From Alphaproteobacteria bacterium (GTDB lineage: Bacteria; Pseudomonadota; Alphaproteobacteria; SHVV01), in the NCBI GenBank assembly GCA_965261735.1, contig OZ253470.1, positions 4,704,001 to 4,768,000 of the forward strand: a stretch of 64,000 nt of DNA. Direction: 5' to 3'. Positions 41,913-54,320 of the stretch are shown piece by piece (position 1 is the stretch's first letter; every line of letters begins with the position of its first letter). Under the pieces are notes generated by a model that saw only the letters and a program-made list of their open reading frames with translations, did not search any database and was not told the DNA's origin. Position numbers and translations under genes: made by a program.

Positions 41913-43214
41913 ATGCTGGCCGAGAACGACCGCATCTTCACCAATCTCTATGGCGCTCACGATTGGCGCCTCAAGGGGGCCGAGTCGCGGGGGGACTGGG
42001 ATGACACCGGGGCGCTGCTCGCCCGAACGCGCGACAACATCATCGAGGAGGTCAAGGAGTCGGGCTTGCGTGGGCGCGGCGGCGCCGGTTTCCCGTCCGG
42101 CCTCAAGATGTCGTTCATGCCCAAGGAATCCGACGGCCGGCCCTCCTATCTGGTCGTCAACGCCGACGAGGGCGAGCCTGGAACCTGTAAGGATCGCGAT
42201 ATCATGCGACACGATCCTCACAAGTTACTTGAAGGCTGCCTGGTCGCCGGCTATGCCATGGGCACGGTCGCCGCCTACATCTATATCCGTGGCGAGTTCT
42301 ACCGCGAGGCCGAAGTCCTAGAGGGGGCGATCGAAGAGGCGTATGCGGCCAAGCGCCTGGGCCGCGACGCGTGCGGCTCGGGCTACGACTTCGACATCTA
42401 CGTTCATCGCGGGGCCGGTGCCTACATCTGCGGCGAGGAGACGGGCCTGCTCGAGAGCCTCGAAGGTCGCAAGGGCATGCCGCGCCTCAAGCCGCCATTT
42501 CCCGCCGCCGTCGGCCTGTGGGGCTGCCCCACGACCGTTAACAACGTCGAGACGATCGCCGTCATCCCAACGATTCTGCGCCGCGGCGCGAGCTGGTTCG
42601 CCTCCATCGGCCGCCCCAACAACACCGGGACCAAGTTGTACTGCATCTCTGGTCACGTCGAGACGCCGTGCAACGTGGAAGAGGCGATGAGCATCCCCTT
42701 GCGCGAGCTCATCGAGAAGCACGCCGGCGGCGTGCGCGGGGGCTGGGACAACCTGCTCGCGGTGATCCCGGGCGGCTCGTCCGTGCCGTTGCTGCCCAAG
42801 TCGATCTGCGACACCGTGCTGATGGATTTCGACGCGCTCAAGGAGGTCAAGTCGGGGCTCGGCACGGCGGCGGTCATCGTTATGGACAAATCGACCGACA
42901 TCGTTGCCGCGATCGCGCGGCTGTCGAAGTTCTACATGCACGAGAGCTGTGGCCAGTGCACGCCGTGCCGCGAAGGGACGGGCTGGATGTGGCGAGTCAT
43001 GGAGCGGCTGGTCGCGGGCCGCGCCGAGATCGGCGAGATCGACCTGCTGCTCGAAGTCGCCAGCCAGATCGAGGGACATACGATCTGCGCCCACGGCGAT
43101 GCCGCCGCGTGGCCGATCCAGGGCTTGGTTCGCCACTTCCGATCAGAGATCGAGCGCCGCATCCTTGCCGCCAAGAAGTCAGCGCCGCTGGCGACGCAAC
43201 CCGCGGCCGCGTAG
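41913..43214 (+). CDS. nuoF: NADH-quinone oxidoreductase subunit F
   Basis: [26 protein letters not shown] and [12 protein letters not shown] motifs. True start ATG 41913. Confidence 0.98.
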   Translation: MLAENDRIFTNLYGAHDWRLKGAESRGDWDDTGALLARTRDNIIEEVKESGLRGRGGAGFPSGLKMSFMPKESDGRPSYLVVNADEGEPGTCKDRDIMRHDPHKLLEGCLVAGYAMGTVAAYIYIRGEFYREAEVLEGAIEEAYAAKRLGRDACGSGYDFDIYVHRGAGAYICGEETGLLESLEGRKGMPRLKPPFPAAVGLWGCPTTVNNVETIAVIPTILRRGASWFASIGRPNNTGTKLYCISGHVETPCNVEEAMSIPLRELIEKHAGGVRGGWDNLLAVIPGGSSVPLLPKSICDTVLMDFDALKEVKSGLGTAAVIVMDKSTDIVAAIARLSKFYMHESCGQCTPCREGTGWMWRVMERLVAGRAEIGEIDLLLEVASQIEGHTICAHGDAAAWPIQGLVRHFRSEIERRILAAKKSAPLATQPAAA

Positions 43215-43225
43215 GGAACCTGGAA

Positions 43226-45304
43226 ATGCCCACGCTCACGGTCGATGGTATCGAGGTCACGGTCGAACCCGGCACCACCGTCCTTCAGGCGTGCGAGACG
43301 GCGGGCAAGGAGATCCCGCGCTTCTGCTACCACGAGCGCCTATCGGTTGCCGGCAATTGCCGCATGTGCCTGGTCGAGATGGAGAAATCGCCGAAGCCGA
43401 TCGCGTCGTGCGCGATGCCGGCCGGCGACGGCATGGTCATCCACACCCAGTCGGCGGTGGCCAAGAAGGCGCGCGAGGGGGTGCTCGAGTTCCTGCTCAT
43501 CAACCATCCTCTCGACTGCCCGATTTGCGACCAGGGCGGTGAATGCGACCTGCAGGATCAGACGATGGCGTACGGCCTCGGCATCAGCCGCTATGTCGAG
43601 CATAAGCGGGCCGTCGAGGAAAAGGATCTCGGGCCGCTCATCAAAACCTTCATGACGCGGTGCATTCATTGTACGCGCTGCGTGCGCTTCGCCACCGAGA
43701 TCGCGGGCGTCGAGGAGCTCGGCACAACCGGGCGCGGCGAGGACATGGAGATCGGCACCTACGTCGAGAAGGCGCTGACCTCGGAACTGTCCGGCAACAT
43801 GATCGACATCTGCCCGGTCGGTGCGCTGACTTCGAAGCCGTACGCCTTCACGGCCCGTTCGTGGGAGCTCGTCAAGACAGAGACCATCGACGTCCACGAT
43901 GCGGTCGGCTCCAACATCCGCATCGATTCGCGGGGCCGCGAGATCATGCGGGCGCTGCCGCGCCTCAACGAGGACATCAACGAGGAGTGGATTTCGGACA
44001 AGACCCGCTTCGCCACCGATGGGCTTAACCGCCAGCGCCTGGACAGGCCCTATGTGCGTCGCGCCGGCAAACTTGAGCCGGCGACGTGGGATGAGGCCTT
44101 TGCCGCCATCGCGGCCCGCCTGCAGGGAGTCGCCGGGGACAGAATTGGGGCGATCGCCGGCAACCTCGCCTGCGTCGAATCCATGCTCGCGCTCAAAGAC
44201 CTGATGGTGGGACTCGGCTCGCCGCACCTCGATTGCCGGCAGGACGGCGCCGCCCTCGATGCGCGGGCACGCACCGGCTACCTCTTCAACACAACGATCG
44301 CCGGCATCGACGAGGCGGACGCGTGTCTGCTGATCGGCACCAATCCGCGCTGGGAAGCGGCGCTCGTCAATGCCCGGCTGCGCGGACGCTATCTCGCCGG
44401 GGGCTTCCCGATCGCCGCGGTCGGCCCACGGATCGACCCTAGCTATAGCTACGACCATCTCGGCGCGGGTCCCGAGACGCTGGCCGAGATCGCCGCCGGG
44501 ACGCATCCGTTCCACGCGGTGTTGGCCGCGGCCGAGCGCCCGATGTTGATCGTGGGGCAGGGGGCGCTGGCGCGGCCCGACGGTGCCGCCGTTCTCGGCG
44601 CCGCACGCCGCATCGCCGAGAGTGCGGGGCTCATCGCCGAAGGCTGGAACGGCTTCAATGTTCTGCATACCGCGGCGGCGCGCGTCGGTGGGCTCGATCT
44701 CGGCCTCGTGCCGGGTGAGGGTGGCCGCGACGTCGGCGGCATTCTCGAGGGCGCCGGCAGCGGCGACGTCGAGGCGGTGTTCCTTCTCGGCGCGGACGAG
44801 GTCGACATGGCCGCGCTGGGGCAGGTCTTCGTGATCTACCAGGGTCACCACGGCGATGCCGGCGCCTACCGCGCCGACGTGATCCTGCCTGGCGCCGCGT
44901 ATACCGAAAAGGATGCGACGTACGTCAATACCGAGGGACGCCCGCAGCAAGCCTGGCGCGCGATCTTCCCACCCGGGGAAGCGCGCGAGGACTGGGCGAT
45001 CTTGCGGGCGCTGTCGGAGGTCCTGGCGGGCGCGGGCACAGGCGCGCGGCTCGCTTACGACAACCTCGCCGAGCTTGGCGCGCGCCTCGCCGAGGTCGCG
45101 CCCAACCTGGCGCGCAGCGGCGACATCGAGGCTGCGCCGTGGCAGCCGTTCGGCAACGATGGCGCCATGGACCCGACGCCCTTTGCCAGCCCGGTCGACG
45201 ACTTCTACATGACCAACGCGATATGCCGCGCGTCCGAGACTATGGCCGCGTGTAGCTCGGCCTACGTGGTCGACGAGCGGCCTTCGACCGGCACCCATGG
45301 CTGA
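43226..45304 (+). CDS. nuoG: NADH-quinone oxidoreductase subunit G
   Basis: [30 protein letters not shown] and RCIHCTRC motifs. True start ATG 43226. Confidence 0.98.
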   Translation: MPTLTVDGIEVTVEPGTTVLQACETAGKEIPRFCYHERLSVAGNCRMCLVEMEKSPKPIASCAMPAGDGMVIHTQSAVAKKAREGVLEFLLINHPLDCPICDQGGECDLQDQTMAYGLGISRYVEHKRAVEEKDLGPLIKTFMTRCIHCTRCVRFATEIAGVEELGTTGRGEDMEIGTYVEKALTSELSGNMIDICPVGALTSKPYAFTARSWELVKTETIDVHDAVGSNIRIDSRGREIMRALPRLNEDINEEWISDKTRFATDGLNRQRLDRPYVRRAGKLEPATWDEAFAAIAARLQGVAGDRIGAIAGNLACVESMLALKDLMVGLGSPHLDCRQDGAALDARARTGYLFNTTIAGIDEADACLLIGTNPRWEAALVNARLRGRYLAGGFPIAAVGPRIDPSYSYDHLGAGPETLAEIAAGTHPFHAVLAAAERPMLIVGQGALARPDGAAVLGAARRIAESAGLIAEGWNGFNVLHTAAARVGGLDLGLVPGEGGRDVGGILEGAGSGDVEAVFLLGADEVDMAALGQVFVIYQGHHGDAGAYRADVILPGAAYTEKDATYVNTEGRPQQAWRAIFPPGEAREDWAILRALSEVLAGAGTGARLAYDNLAELGARLAEVAPNLARSGDIEAAPWQPFGNDGAMDPTPFASPVDDFYMTNAICRASETMAACSSAYVVDERPSTGTHG

Positions 45305-46304
45305 TTTCTGGGCCGGCTACGCCCTTCCGACGATCATTATCGTCGCGCAGGTCTTGGCCATTCTGGTGCCGCTGCTGCTCGCCGTCGCCTACCTCACCTA
45401 TTTCGAGCGCAAGGTTATGGCGGCCATGCACCTGCGGATGGGCCCCAACGTGGTCGGCGCCTTCGGCCTCCTGCAGCCCTTCGCCGACGCCATCAAGCTG
45501 CTCTTCAAGGAAACCATCCTGCCGACCGGCGCCAACAAGGTCGTGTTCCTCGCTGCGCCGATGCTGACCTTCGTCCTCAGCCTCATTGCGTGGGCGGTGA
45601 TCCCGGTCGGCGCCGGGCTCGCGCTCGCCGATATCAATGTCGGCGTCCTGTACCTGTTCGCGATCTCCTCGCTCGGTGTCTATGGCGTCATCATGGCCGG
45701 CTGGGCCTCCAACTCGCGTTATGCCTTCCTGGGTGCGCTGCGCTCGGCGGCGCAGATGGTGTCCTACGAGGTCTCGATGGGCTTCGTCATCATCACCGTG
45801 CTGCTGTGCGTCGGCTCGCTCAATCTGTCGGCGATCATCGAGGCGCAGCGCACGGTATGGTTTGCCATCCCGCTGCTGCCGATGTTCGTCATCTTCTTCA
45901 TTTCGACGCTGGCCGAGACCAACCGTCACCCCTTCGACCTTCCCGAAGCCGAATCCGAGCTCGTGGCCGGCTACCAGGTCGAGTACTCGTCGCTCACCTT
46001 CGCGCTCTTCTTCCTCGGCGAGTACGCGAACATGATCCTGATGGCCGCCTTCACCACGATCCTCTTTCTCGGCGGCTGGCTGCCCCCCTTCGATGTCGTA
46101 CCCTTCACGTGGATACCGGGGCCGATCTGGTTCGTCCTCAAGGTTGTCTTCCTGCTCTTCGTCTTCATCTGGATACGGGCCACGTTTCCGCGCTACCGCT
46201 ACGACCAGCTCATGCGACTGGGCTGGAAAGTATTCCTGCCGGCGTCACTGTTTTGGGTCGCTGCGACGGCGGCGGTCCTCGTGACCTTCGATTGGCTGCC
46301 ATGA
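45297..46304 (+). CDS. nuoH: NADH-quinone oxidoreductase subunit H
   Basis: [23 protein letters not shown] and RYRYDQLM motifs. Confidence 0.98.
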   Translation: MADFWAGYALPTIIIVAQVLAILVPLLLAVAYLTYFERKVMAAMHLRMGPNVVGAFGLLQPFADAIKLLFKETILPTGANKVVFLAAPMLTFVLSLIAWAVIPVGAGLALADINVGVLYLFAISSLGVYGVIMAGWASNSRYAFLGALRSAAQMVSYEVSMGFVIITVLLCVGSLNLSAIIEAQRTVWFAIPLLPMFVIFFISTLAETNRHPFDLPEAESELVAGYQVEYSSLTFALFFLGEYANMILMAAFTTILFLGGWLPPFDVVPFTWIPGPIWFVLKVVFLLFVFIWIRATFPRYRYDQLMRLGWKVFLPASLFWVAATAAVLVTFDWLP

Positions 46305-46338
46305 GCGCCGCGTCGACCGAACCTGGGAGCTGATCGAG

Positions 46339-46827
46339 ATGACATTCCTGGAGCGCAGCGCGCGAACACTCCTGTTGGGCGAGCTCCTGGCAGGCATGTC
46401 GGTGACCTTGCGCTACCTGTTCAAGAAGCGCGTGACCATCAATTACCCTTACGAGAAGGGGCCGCTCAGCCCGCGCTTCCGCGGCGAGCACGCGCTGCGC
46501 CGTTATCCGAGCGGCGAGGAGCGCTGCATCGCCTGCAAGCTGTGCGAGGCCGTGTGCCCGGCGCAGGCGATTACCATCGAGGCCGAGCCGCGGGCGGACG
46601 GCAGTCGGCGCACGACTCGCTACGACATCGATATGGTGAAGTGCATCTATTGCGGCTACTGCGCAGAATCGTGCCCGGTGGACGCGATCGTCGAGGGGCC
46701 GAATTTCGAGTTCGCCACCGAAACGCGCGAGGAGCTCCTCTACAACAAGGAAAAACTACTCGCCAACGGCGACCGTTGGGAGCGCGAGATTGCCGCCAAT
46801 ATTGCGGCCGACGCGCCCTACCGCTAG
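46339..46827 (+). CDS. nuoI: NADH-quinone oxidoreductase subunit I
   Basis: Two CxxCxxCxxxCP [4Fe-4S] motifs. Confidence 0.98.
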   Translation: MTFLERSARTLLLGELLAGMSVTLRYLFKKRVTINYPYEKGPLSPRFRGEHALRRYPSGEERCIACKLCEAVCPAQAITIEAEPRADGSRRTTRYDIDMVKCIYCGYCAESCPVDAIVEGPNFEFATETREELLYNKEKLLANGDRWEREIAANIAADAPYR

Positions 46828-46890
46828 TTAAGGCGAGCCGTTAGGGGGGCACAGGATGCGTCGATACGGCGGCACGCTCGGGAGGCACCC

Positions 46891-47505
46891 GTGATCGTTC
46901 AGGCGCTTGCGTTCTATCTGTTCGCGGCCATTGCCGTTGCGTCCGGCGTCATGGTGATCTCGGCGCGAAATCCGGTCCATTCGGTACTCTTTCTCATCCT
47001 CGCCTTCTTCAACGCGGCAGCGCTGTTCGTGCTGATGGGGGCCGAGTTCCTGGCGATGATTCTGGTCATCGTCTATGTCGGCGCCGTCGCCGTCCTGTTC
47101 CTCTTCGTCGTCATGATGCTCGACATCAATTTCGTCGAGCTCCGCCAGGGGTTCCTCCAGTACCTGCCGGTCGGTAGTACCATTGGCCTTATCCTCCTGA
47201 TCGAGCTGATCCTCGTGGTCGGTGCCTGGGTGGCGCTACCGGAGGCGGGATCCGTGATCGCCGCGCCGGCACCGCCGGCGGCGGAAATTACGAACACCGA
47301 TGCGCTCGGGCGGCTGATCTACACCGACTACGTGTACCTCTTCCAGGCCGCCGGCATGATTTTGCTCGTGGCCATGGTCAGCGCGATCGTGCTCACCCTG
47401 CGCGTGCGCCAGGACGTGCGCCGGCAGCGCATCTCGCACCAGGTCCACCGGCGTCGCGAGGACGCGGTGGAAGTGCGGGAAGTCGAGCCGCGGAGGGGAA
47501 TCTGA
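46891..47505 (+). CDS. nuoJ: NADH-quinone oxidoreductase subunit J
   Basis: NPVHSVLFL and [12 protein letters not shown] motifs. Confidence 0.97.
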   Translation: MIVQALAFYLFAAIAVASGVMVISARNPVHSVLFLILAFFNAAALFVLMGAEFLAMILVIVYVGAVAVLFLFVVMMLDINFVELRQGFLQYLPVGSTIGLILLIELILVVGAWVALPEAGSVIAAPAPPAAEITNTDALGRLIYTDYVYLFQAAGMILLVAMVSAIVLTLRVRQDVRRQRISHQVHRRREDAVEVREVEPRRGI

Positions 47506-47813
47506 TGACGGTCGGCCTCGGCCATTATCTGACCGTAGCGGCGATGCTGTTCACGATCGGCATCTTCGGCATCTTCTTCAACCGCAAGAACGTCATCGTC
47601 ATCCTCATGTCGATCGAGCTCATGCTGCTTGCGGTCAACATCAACCTGGTCGCCTTTTCGACCCACCTCGGCGATCTCGTGGGTCAGGTGTTCGCCATGT
47701 TCGTCCTCACCGTCGCGGCGGCCGAGGCGGCCATCGGGCTCGCCATCCTCATCGTCTACTTCCGCAACCGCGGCACCATCGCGGTTGAGGACATCAACCT
47801 GATGAAGGGCTAA
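47505..47813 (+). CDS. nuoK: NADH-quinone oxidoreductase subunit K
   Basis: MSIELML and [10 protein letters not shown] motifs. Confidence 0.97.
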   Translation: MTVGLGHYLTVAAMLFTIGIFGIFFNRKNVIVILMSIELMLLAVNINLVAFSTHLGDLVGQVFAMFVLTVAAAEAAIGLAILIVYFRNRGTIAVEDINLMKG

Positions 47814-47824
47814 CGCGCGCCTCG

Positions 47825-49756
47825 ATGCTGTATGTCCTGATCGTATTTCTGCCGCTGCTGGCCGCCATCGGTGCGGGCTTCTTCGGCCGCATGATGGGCG
47901 ACCGGGGCGCCCAGCTCCTGACCTCGCTCGCGGTCAGCGGATCGGCGCTGCTGTCCTTTGTCGCCTTCTACGACGTCGCGATCCTCGGCAATACCGCCGA
48001 GGTGGTCCTGCTCGACTGGATGAGCTCGGGCGCGCTCGAGGTGAGCTGGGCCTTGCGTATCGACACCCTCACCGCGGTCATGCTGATCGTGGTCACGGTG
48101 ATTGCGGCGTTGGTGCATTGGTACTCGATCGGCTACATGGCGGGCGATTCGAGTATCCCGCGCTTCTTCGCCTACCTCTCGCTGTTCACCTTCGCGATGC
48201 TGATGCTGGTGACGGCGGACAACTTCCTCCAGCTCTATTTCGGCTGGGAGGGCGTCGGCCTGTGCTCCTACCTGCTGATCGGATTCTGGTACGACCGGCC
48301 GAGCGCCAACGCCGCCGCTATCAAGGCCTTCGTCGTCAACCGCGTCGGCGACTTCGGCTTTGCCATCGGTATCATGGCGATCTTCCTGGTGTTCCGCTCG
48401 GTCAGCTTCGATACCGTGTTCGATGGCGCCGCCGACGTGGCCGGGCAGAGCTTTACCTTCCTCGGCGGCGAGTTTGACATCCTCACCGTCATCACGATCC
48501 TGCTCTTCCTCGGGGCCATGGGCAAATCGGCTCAGCTCGGCCTGCACACCTGGCTGCCCGATGCGATGGAGGGTCCGACGCCGGTTTCGGCGCTGATCCA
48601 TGCGGCGACCATGGTGACCGCCGGCGTGTTCATGGTTGCCCGATGCTCGCCCTTGTTCGAGCACGCACCCTTCACGCTGGGCCTCGTAGTCGTGGTCGGC
48701 GCGACCACGGCGATCGTGACGGCGTCGATCGGGCTCGTGCAAACCGACATCAAGCGGGTGATCGCCTATTCCACCTGCAGCCAGCTCGGCTACATGTTTT
48801 TCGCCTGCGGGCTGTCGGCCTACTCGGCGGCGATCTTCCACCTTTTCACCCACGCCTTCTTCAAGGCGCTGTTGTTCCTGGCCGCGGGCTCGGTGATACA
48901 CGGCCTCTCCGGCGAACAGGACATGCGGCGCATGGGCGGGCTCTACAAGCTGCTGCCGATCACCCACGCGGTGATGTGGATCGGATCGCTCTCGCTCGCC
49001 GGAATCCCGTTCTTCGCCGGCTTCTATTCCAAGGACGTCATTATCGAGACCGCGTACGCCGCCGCCTCCGGGGTCGGCAACTACGCCTTCTATCTCGGGG
49101 TCCTGGCCGCGGCGATGACCGCGTTCTACTCGTGGCGGGTGCTGTTCATGACCTTCTATGGGACGCCACGGGCCGACGCCGAGGTCATGGCCCACGCCCA
49201 TGAGTCGCCGCGGGTGATCACGATCCCGCTGATCCTGCTGGCAGTCGGCGCGGTCTTCGCCGGCGTGATCGCCGCCGGCGCGATGGTCGGCTCCCATACC
49301 ACCTTCTGGGGGGATTCGATCTTCGTCCTCGACGCCCACCGCGCGCTGGAGGACGCGCATCACTCGCCGTTCTGGGTCAAGGCGCTGCCCAGCATCGTCG
49401 CCGTCGCCGGCATCGCGCTCGCCTGGTACTTCTATATCGCCCGCCTGCAGGTGCCGGCACGCCTCGCGGAAACGCACGGCGAGCTCCACCGCTTCCTCCT
49501 CAACAAGTGGTACTTCGACGACATCTACGACTTCCTGTTCGTCGAGCCGGCCAAGTTCGTCGGCCGCACCCTGTGGCGCGGCGGCGACGGTCGGGTGATC
49601 GATGGCCTTGGGCCGGACGGTATCGCCGCCAACGTGCTCGCTCTGGCGCGCCGCGCGACCTGGCTCCAGACCGGGTACCTCTATCACTACGCGTTCGCGA
49701 TGCTGGTGGGTGTCGCCGCCTTCGTGACCTTCTTCTTCTACACGTCGGGCGGCTGA
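47825..49756 (+). CDS. nuoL: NADH-quinone oxidoreductase subunit L
   Basis: GWEGVGLCSYLLIGFW and WLPDAMEGPTPVSALIH motifs. Confidence 0.98.
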   Translation: MLYVLIVFLPLLAAIGAGFFGRMMGDRGAQLLTSLAVSGSALLSFVAFYDVAILGNTAEVVLLDWMSSGALEVSWALRIDTLTAVMLIVVTVIAALVHWYSIGYMAGDSSIPRFFAYLSLFTFAMLMLVTADNFLQLYFGWEGVGLCSYLLIGFWYDRPSANAAAIKAFVVNRVGDFGFAIGIMAIFLVFRSVSFDTVFDGAADVAGQSFTFLGGEFDILTVITILLFLGAMGKSAQLGLHTWLPDAMEGPTPVSALIHAATMVTAGVFMVARCSPLFEHAPFTLGLVVVVGATTAIVTASIGLVQTDIKRVIAYSTCSQLGYMFFACGLSAYSAAIFHLFTHAFFKALLFLAAGSVIHGLSGEQDMRRMGGLYKLLPITHAVMWIGSLSLAGIPFFAGFYSKDVIIETAYAAASGVGNYAFYLGVLAAAMTAFYSWRVLFMTFYGTPRADAEVMAHAHESPRVITIPLILLAVGAVFAGVIAAGAMVGSHTTFWGDSIFVLDAHRALEDAHHSPFWVKALPSIVAVAGIALAWYFYIARLQVPARLAETHGELHRFLLNKWYFDDIYDFLFVEPAKFVGRTLWRGGDGRVIDGLGPDGIAANVLALARRATWLQTGYLYHYAFAMLVGVAAFVTFFFYTSGG

Positions 49757-49759
49757 GCG

Positions 49760-51271
49760 ATGGGTGAGTGGCCGCTTCTGTCGCTGGTGACCTTCCTGCC
49801 CCTGGTGGGCGCGCTGATCATCCTGGTGATCCGCGGCGACAGGGAGATCGTCAACCGAAATACTCGCGCCGCCGCCTTGTGGACGTCGCTCTTCACCTTT
49901 GGGCTTTCGCTCGTCCTGTGGTTCCAGTTCGACACAAGCACGTCCGCCTTCCAGTTCGTCGAGCAGAAAACCTGGTTCTACGAGGGCGTCAGCTATCACC
50001 TCGGTGTGGACGGCATCTCGATGCTGTTCATCGTGCTCACCGCCTTTCTGACCCCGATCTGCATTCTCGCGAGCTGGGAGTCGATCCAGGAGCGCGTGCG
50101 CGAGTACATGATCGCGTTCCTGGTGATGGAAACGATGATGATCGGCGTCTTCTCGGCGCTCGACTTCGTTTTGTTCTATCTGTTCTTCGAGGGCGGCCTG
50201 ATCCCTATGTTCCTCATCATCGGCGTGTGGGGCGGCGAGCGGCGCATCTACTCGACCTTCAAGTTCTTCCTCTACACGCTGCTCGGCTCGGTGCTGCTGC
50301 TGCTGGCGCTGATCTACATGTACTCCGAGGCCGGCACCACCGACATACCGGCCTTGATGCGCCACGGATTCGAACCTTCGGTGCAGCGCTGGCTATGGCT
50401 GGCGCTCTTCGCCTCGTTCGCGGTCAAGGTGCCGATGTGGCCCGTCCACACATGGCTTCCCGATGCCCACGTCGAGGCCCCGACGGCGGGCTCGGTCATC
50501 CTGGCGGGCGTGCTGTTGAAGATCGGGGCCTATGGGTTTATCCGCTTTTCGATCCCGATACTGCCCGATGCCACGGCCTTCTTCACGCCGCTGGTCTTTA
50601 CGCTCAGCGTCGTCGCCGTGATCTATACCTCGCTCGTGTGCCTCATGCAGGAGGACATGAAGAAGTTGATCGCCTACTCCTCGGTCGCGCATATGGGCTT
50701 CGTCACCATCGGTATCTTCACCTTCACGGCCCAAGGAATCGAGGGCGGCCTGATACAGATGCTGAGCCACGGCCTTATCTCGGGCGCCCTGTTCCTGTGC
50801 GTCGGCGTCCTTTACGACCGCGTCCATTCGCGCGACATCGCGCGCTACGGCGGCGTCGTACACCGCATGCCGATGTACGCGTTCGCCCTCATGGTTTTCG
50901 CGCTCGCCAACGTCGGACTTCCCGGCACCAGCGGCTTCGTCGGCGAGTTCCTCGTGCTCGTCGGCATCTTCCAGGTCAACACCTGGGTCGCCGTCCTCGC
51001 CACGACCGGCATCATTCTCGGCGCCGCCTACACGCTATGGCTCTACCGGCGGGTCGTCTACGGTGTGCTCGAGAAGGCCGAGCTGACGACGCTTCGCGAC
51101 CTCGGGCGCCGCGAGATATTGGTGCTCGCACCGCTCATCGCCACCGTGCTGTTCTTCGGCTTCTATCCACAGCCCTTGCTGGAGGTCATGCACGAGTCGG
51201 TCGCCAACCTCATCGCCCAGCACGAGCTCGCAAGAGCGGCCACCGAGGACGCGACCCTCGCCGTGCGCTAG
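49760..51271 (+). CDS. nuoM: NADH-quinone oxidoreductase subunit M
   Basis: PVHTWLPDAHVEAPT and IAYSSVAHMG motifs. Confidence 0.98.
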   Translation: MGEWPLLSLVTFLPLVGALIILVIRGDREIVNRNTRAAALWTSLFTFGLSLVLWFQFDTSTSAFQFVEQKTWFYEGVSYHLGVDGISMLFIVLTAFLTPICILASWESIQERVREYMIAFLVMETMMIGVFSALDFVLFYLFFEGGLIPMFLIIGVWGGERRIYSTFKFFLYTLLGSVLLLLALIYMYSEAGTTDIPALMRHGFEPSVQRWLWLALFASFAVKVPMWPVHTWLPDAHVEAPTAGSVILAGVLLKIGAYGFIRFSIPILPDATAFFTPLVFTLSVVAVIYTSLVCLMQEDMKKLIAYSSVAHMGFVTIGIFTFTAQGIEGGLIQMLSHGLISGALFLCVGVLYDRVHSRDIARYGGVVHRMPMYAFALMVFALANVGLPGTSGFVGEFLVLVGIFQVNTWVAVLATTGIILGAAYTLWLYRRVVYGVLEKAELTTLRDLGRREILVLAPLIATVLFFGFYPQPLLEVMHESVANLIAQHELARAATEDATLAVR

Positions 51272-51292
51272 CAGGGACCGACGAACACCGCC

Positions 51293-52741
51293 ATGTCCGC
51301 GAACTCCTTCCCCGAACTCGGTCCCGCGGTGCCCGAGATTTTCGTCGCCGTCGTGGCGATGGCGCTCCTGATGTTCGGCGTCTTCCGCGGCAACAAGGCG
51401 ACGCGGGCGGTATCCTGGCTCGCCGCTCTGGCGCTCGCGGTGGCGCTGGTGCTGGTTTTCCTGGCGCCGCCAGAGCAACAGATCACGTTCACCGGCATGT
51501 TCATCGCCGATCCGTTCGCGCGATTCATGAAGGTCCTCGTGTTGCTCGGCTCCATCCTCGCCATCGTCATGTCCCTCGGCTACATCCGGCGCGAGCGCAT
51601 GGAGCGCTTCGAGTACCCCATCCTTATCCTGCTGGCGACGCTCGGCATGATGATGATGGTCTCGGCCAACGACCTCATCTCGCTCTACGTCGGCACCGAG
51701 CTCCAGAGCCTGTCGCTCTATGTGGTTGCCGCGTTCAAGCGCGATTCGCTGCGCTCGACGGAGGCCGGGCTCAAATATTTCGTCCTCGGGGCGCTGTCCT
51801 CGGGGATGTTGCTGTACGGTTGTTCGCTGATCTACGGCTTCACCGGAACCACCAACTTCCAGACGCTGGCGGAACTGTTCGCCGGCGGGGCACAGCTGTC
51901 GCTCGGCCTCATCATCGGCCTCGTGTTCCTCATCGCCGGCCTCGCCTTCAAGGTCTCCGCCGTGCCCTTCCACATGTGGACGCCCGACGTATACGAGGGC
52001 GCACCGACGCCCGGTACCGCCTTCTTCGCGGTCGCGCCCAAGATCGCGGCGATGGCCCTGCTGTTGCGCACGATCGTCGCGCCCTTCATCGAGCTGGTCG
52101 GCGAATGGCAGCAGATCATCATCTTCCTGTCGATTGCGTCGATGCTGCTCGGTGCCTTTGCCGCCATCGGCCAGTCCAATATCAAGCGGCTCATGGCATA
52201 TAGCTCCATCGGCCATGTCGGCTTTGCGCTGATCGGGCTCGCCGCCGGGACCGAAGAGGGCGTTCGCGGCGTCCTCGTCTACATGGCGATCTACTTGGCC
52301 ATGAACGTCGGTGCTTTTGGCGTCATTCTTTGCATGCGGCACAAAGATTCGATGGTCGAAGGCATCGACGATCTCGCGGGGCTGTCGCAATCGAACCCGA
52401 TGATGGCGTTGGCCATGGCCATCTTCATGCTGTCGCTCGCCGGCATCCCGCCGTTGGCCGGGTTCTTCGGCAAGTTTTACGTGTTCATCGCGGCGATCAA
52501 CGCCGAACTGTACGGCCTGGCCGTCATCGGCGTGCTCGCGAGCGTGGTCGGCGCGTTCTACTACCTGCGCATCGTCAAGGTGATGTACTTCGACCCGCCC
52601 GCCGAGCCCTTGGAGCGGCCGATCGGCGGCGAAATGACGATCGTGCTCGCGGCGACCGGTGTCTTCACCCTGTTCTTCTTCCTCTACCCGACCCCCTTGA
52701 TCGCCAGCGCCGAGACGGCCGCGCGCTCCCTGTTGCCGTGA
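51293..52741 (+). CDS. nuoN: NADH-quinone oxidoreductase subunit N
   Basis: [21 protein letters not shown] and [11 protein letters not shown] motifs. Confidence 0.98.
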   Translation: MSANSFPELGPAVPEIFVAVVAMALLMFGVFRGNKATRAVSWLAALALAVALVLVFLAPPEQQITFTGMFIADPFARFMKVLVLLGSILAIVMSLGYIRRERMERFEYPILILLATLGMMMMVSANDLISLYVGTELQSLSLYVVAAFKRDSLRSTEAGLKYFVLGALSSGMLLYGCSLIYGFTGTTNFQTLAELFAGGAQLSLGLIIGLVFLIAGLAFKVSAVPFHMWTPDVYEGAPTPGTAFFAVAPKIAAMALLLRTIVAPFIELVGEWQQIIIFLSIASMLLGAFAAIGQSNIKRLMAYSSIGHVGFALIGLAAGTEEGVRGVLVYMAIYLAMNVGAFGVILCMRHKDSMVEGIDDLAGLSQSNPMMALAMAIFMLSLAGIPPLAGFFGKFYVFIAAINAELYGLAVIGVLASVVGAFYYLRIVKVMYFDPPAEPLERPIGGEMTIVLAATGVFTLFFFLYPTPLIASAETAARSLLP

Positions 52742-53526
52742 CGCCCGCCTCCCACGCCGCGGGCGGCCGGCGACCCGACCTTCCGTCCTTCTACGAACTC
52801 GTCCAGCTCGATGATGTCGACAGCACGAACGCCGAGGCGGGGCGCCGGGCGCGCGTCGGTGCCCGCGAGGGGACGCTGGTCTGGGCAACGCGCCAAAATG
52901 CGGGCCGCGGTCGGCTCGGCAAGCGTTGGTCCTCGCCGCCTGACAATCTTTACATGTCGCTCCTGCTCCGCCCGAGCTGCGCCGCAGCCGAAGCGGCTCA
53001 GGTGTCCTTTGCCGCCGCACTCGGCGTCGGCGAAGCCTTGAGCGCCATGCCGCTCGACGCCGCCGTGCACTACAAATGGCCCAACGACGTCCTCCTCGGC
53101 GGGCGCAAGGTGGCCGGCATTCTGCTCGAATCGAGCACGGCGGACGGCGGGCGCCGCGTCGACGAACTCATCGTCGGGATCGGCGTCAACGTGGCGTCGC
53201 ACCCAGCCGACTCGGCCTATCCGGCAACCTGCCTCGCCGAGCATGGCCATACGGGCGGTGTCCTCGGGGCGCTCGAGGCGATTGCGGCCGAGCTCCTCGA
53301 GTGGGTCGCACAGTGGAGGCAAGGCGGCGTTGCGGCACTCAGGGGTGCGTGGCTGGCGCGGGCGGCCGGGCTCGGCGCCCGACTCGAGGTTCGCCTCCCA
53401 ACGGCAACTCTGGCCGGCACGTTTGCCGATCTCGACGGCGCCGGCGCCCTGATCCTGGACGCCGACGACGGCAGCCGCCGCTCCATCAGCACGGGCGAGG
53501 TCTACTTTCCCGACCTCGTACCCTAG
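52738..53526 (+). CDS. birA: Biotin--[acetyl-CoA carboxylase] ligase
   Basis: DSTN, Q.AGRGR, KWPND and KVAGIL motifs. GTG start overlapping the nuoN stop. Confidence 0.93.
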   Translation: MTPASHAAGGRRPDLPSFYELVQLDDVDSTNAEAGRRARVGAREGTLVWATRQNAGRGRLGKRWSSPPDNLYMSLLLRPSCAAAEAAQVSFAAALGVGEALSAMPLDAAVHYKWPNDVLLGGRKVAGILLESSTADGGRRVDELIVGIGVNVASHPADSAYPATCLAEHGHTGGVLGALEAIAAELLEWVAQWRQGGVAALRGAWLARAAGLGARLEVRLPTATLAGTFADLDGAGALILDADDGSRRSISTGEVYFPDLVP

Positions 53527-53543
53527 CCCTGGACCACCGGTCC

Positions 53544-54320
53544 ATGCTTCTCGCGATCGACGTCGGCAACACGAACGTTACGTTCGCGGTGTATGACGGT
53601 GCCAATTTGCACAATCAGTGGCGGGCCACGACGACGGCCGATCGCACCGCCGACGAGTACGCCGTCCTGCTGGCTCAGCTGATGTCCGCGGCCGACCTCG
53701 ATACGGGCGACATCGACGCCGCGATCATCGCCTCGGTGGTGCCGCAGGCCCTGCCTCACCTGCGCGCTCTATGCCAGAACTTCTTCGGTTGCGAGCCCGG
53801 GGTCGTCGGGGAGAACCTCGATCTCGGCCTCGACGTGCGCATCGAGCGCCCGGCCGACGTCGGTGCCGACCGCTTGGTCAACGCGCTCGCCGCGCACCAG
53901 AGCTACGGCGGCGCGCTGATCATCGTCGACTTCGGCACGGCGACCACGTTCGACGTCGTCGATGCCGAGGGCGCCTACTGCGGTGGCATCATCGCCCCCG
54001 GGGTCAACCTCAGCCTCGAGGCGCTGCATGGCGCGGCGGCCCAGCTGCCGCGAATCGCCGTGACCCGACCCGAGCGCGTCATCGGCGGCGGCACCATCCC
54101 GGCTATGCAATCCGGCATCTACTGGGGCTATCTCGGTCTGGTCGAAGGACTCGTCGCGCGGATCAAGGCCGAGTATGGGGCGGCGATGACGGTGATCGCC
54201 ACGGGGGGCCTGGCGTCCCAGTTCGCCGGTGGAACCGACGTCATCGAACACGTCGATCCCGACCTCACCATACGCGGCCTATGGGAGATCCACCGCCGCA
54301 ACAGCGAGCCGGTGCCATGA
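53544..54320 (+). CDS. coaX: Type III pantothenate kinase
   Basis: [19 protein letters not shown] and ATGG motifs. Confidence 0.96.
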   Translation: MLLAIDVGNTNVTFAVYDGANLHNQWRATTTADRTADEYAVLLAQLMSAADLDTGDIDAAIIASVVPQALPHLRALCQNFFGCEPGVVGENLDLGLDVRIERPADVGADRLVNALAAHQSYGGALIIVDFGTATTFDVVDAEGAYCGGIIAPGVNLSLEALHGAAAQLPRIAVTRPERVIGGGTIPAMQSGIYWGYLGLVEGLVARIKAEYGAAMTVIATGGLASQFAGGTDVIEHVDPDLTIRGLWEIHRRNSEPVP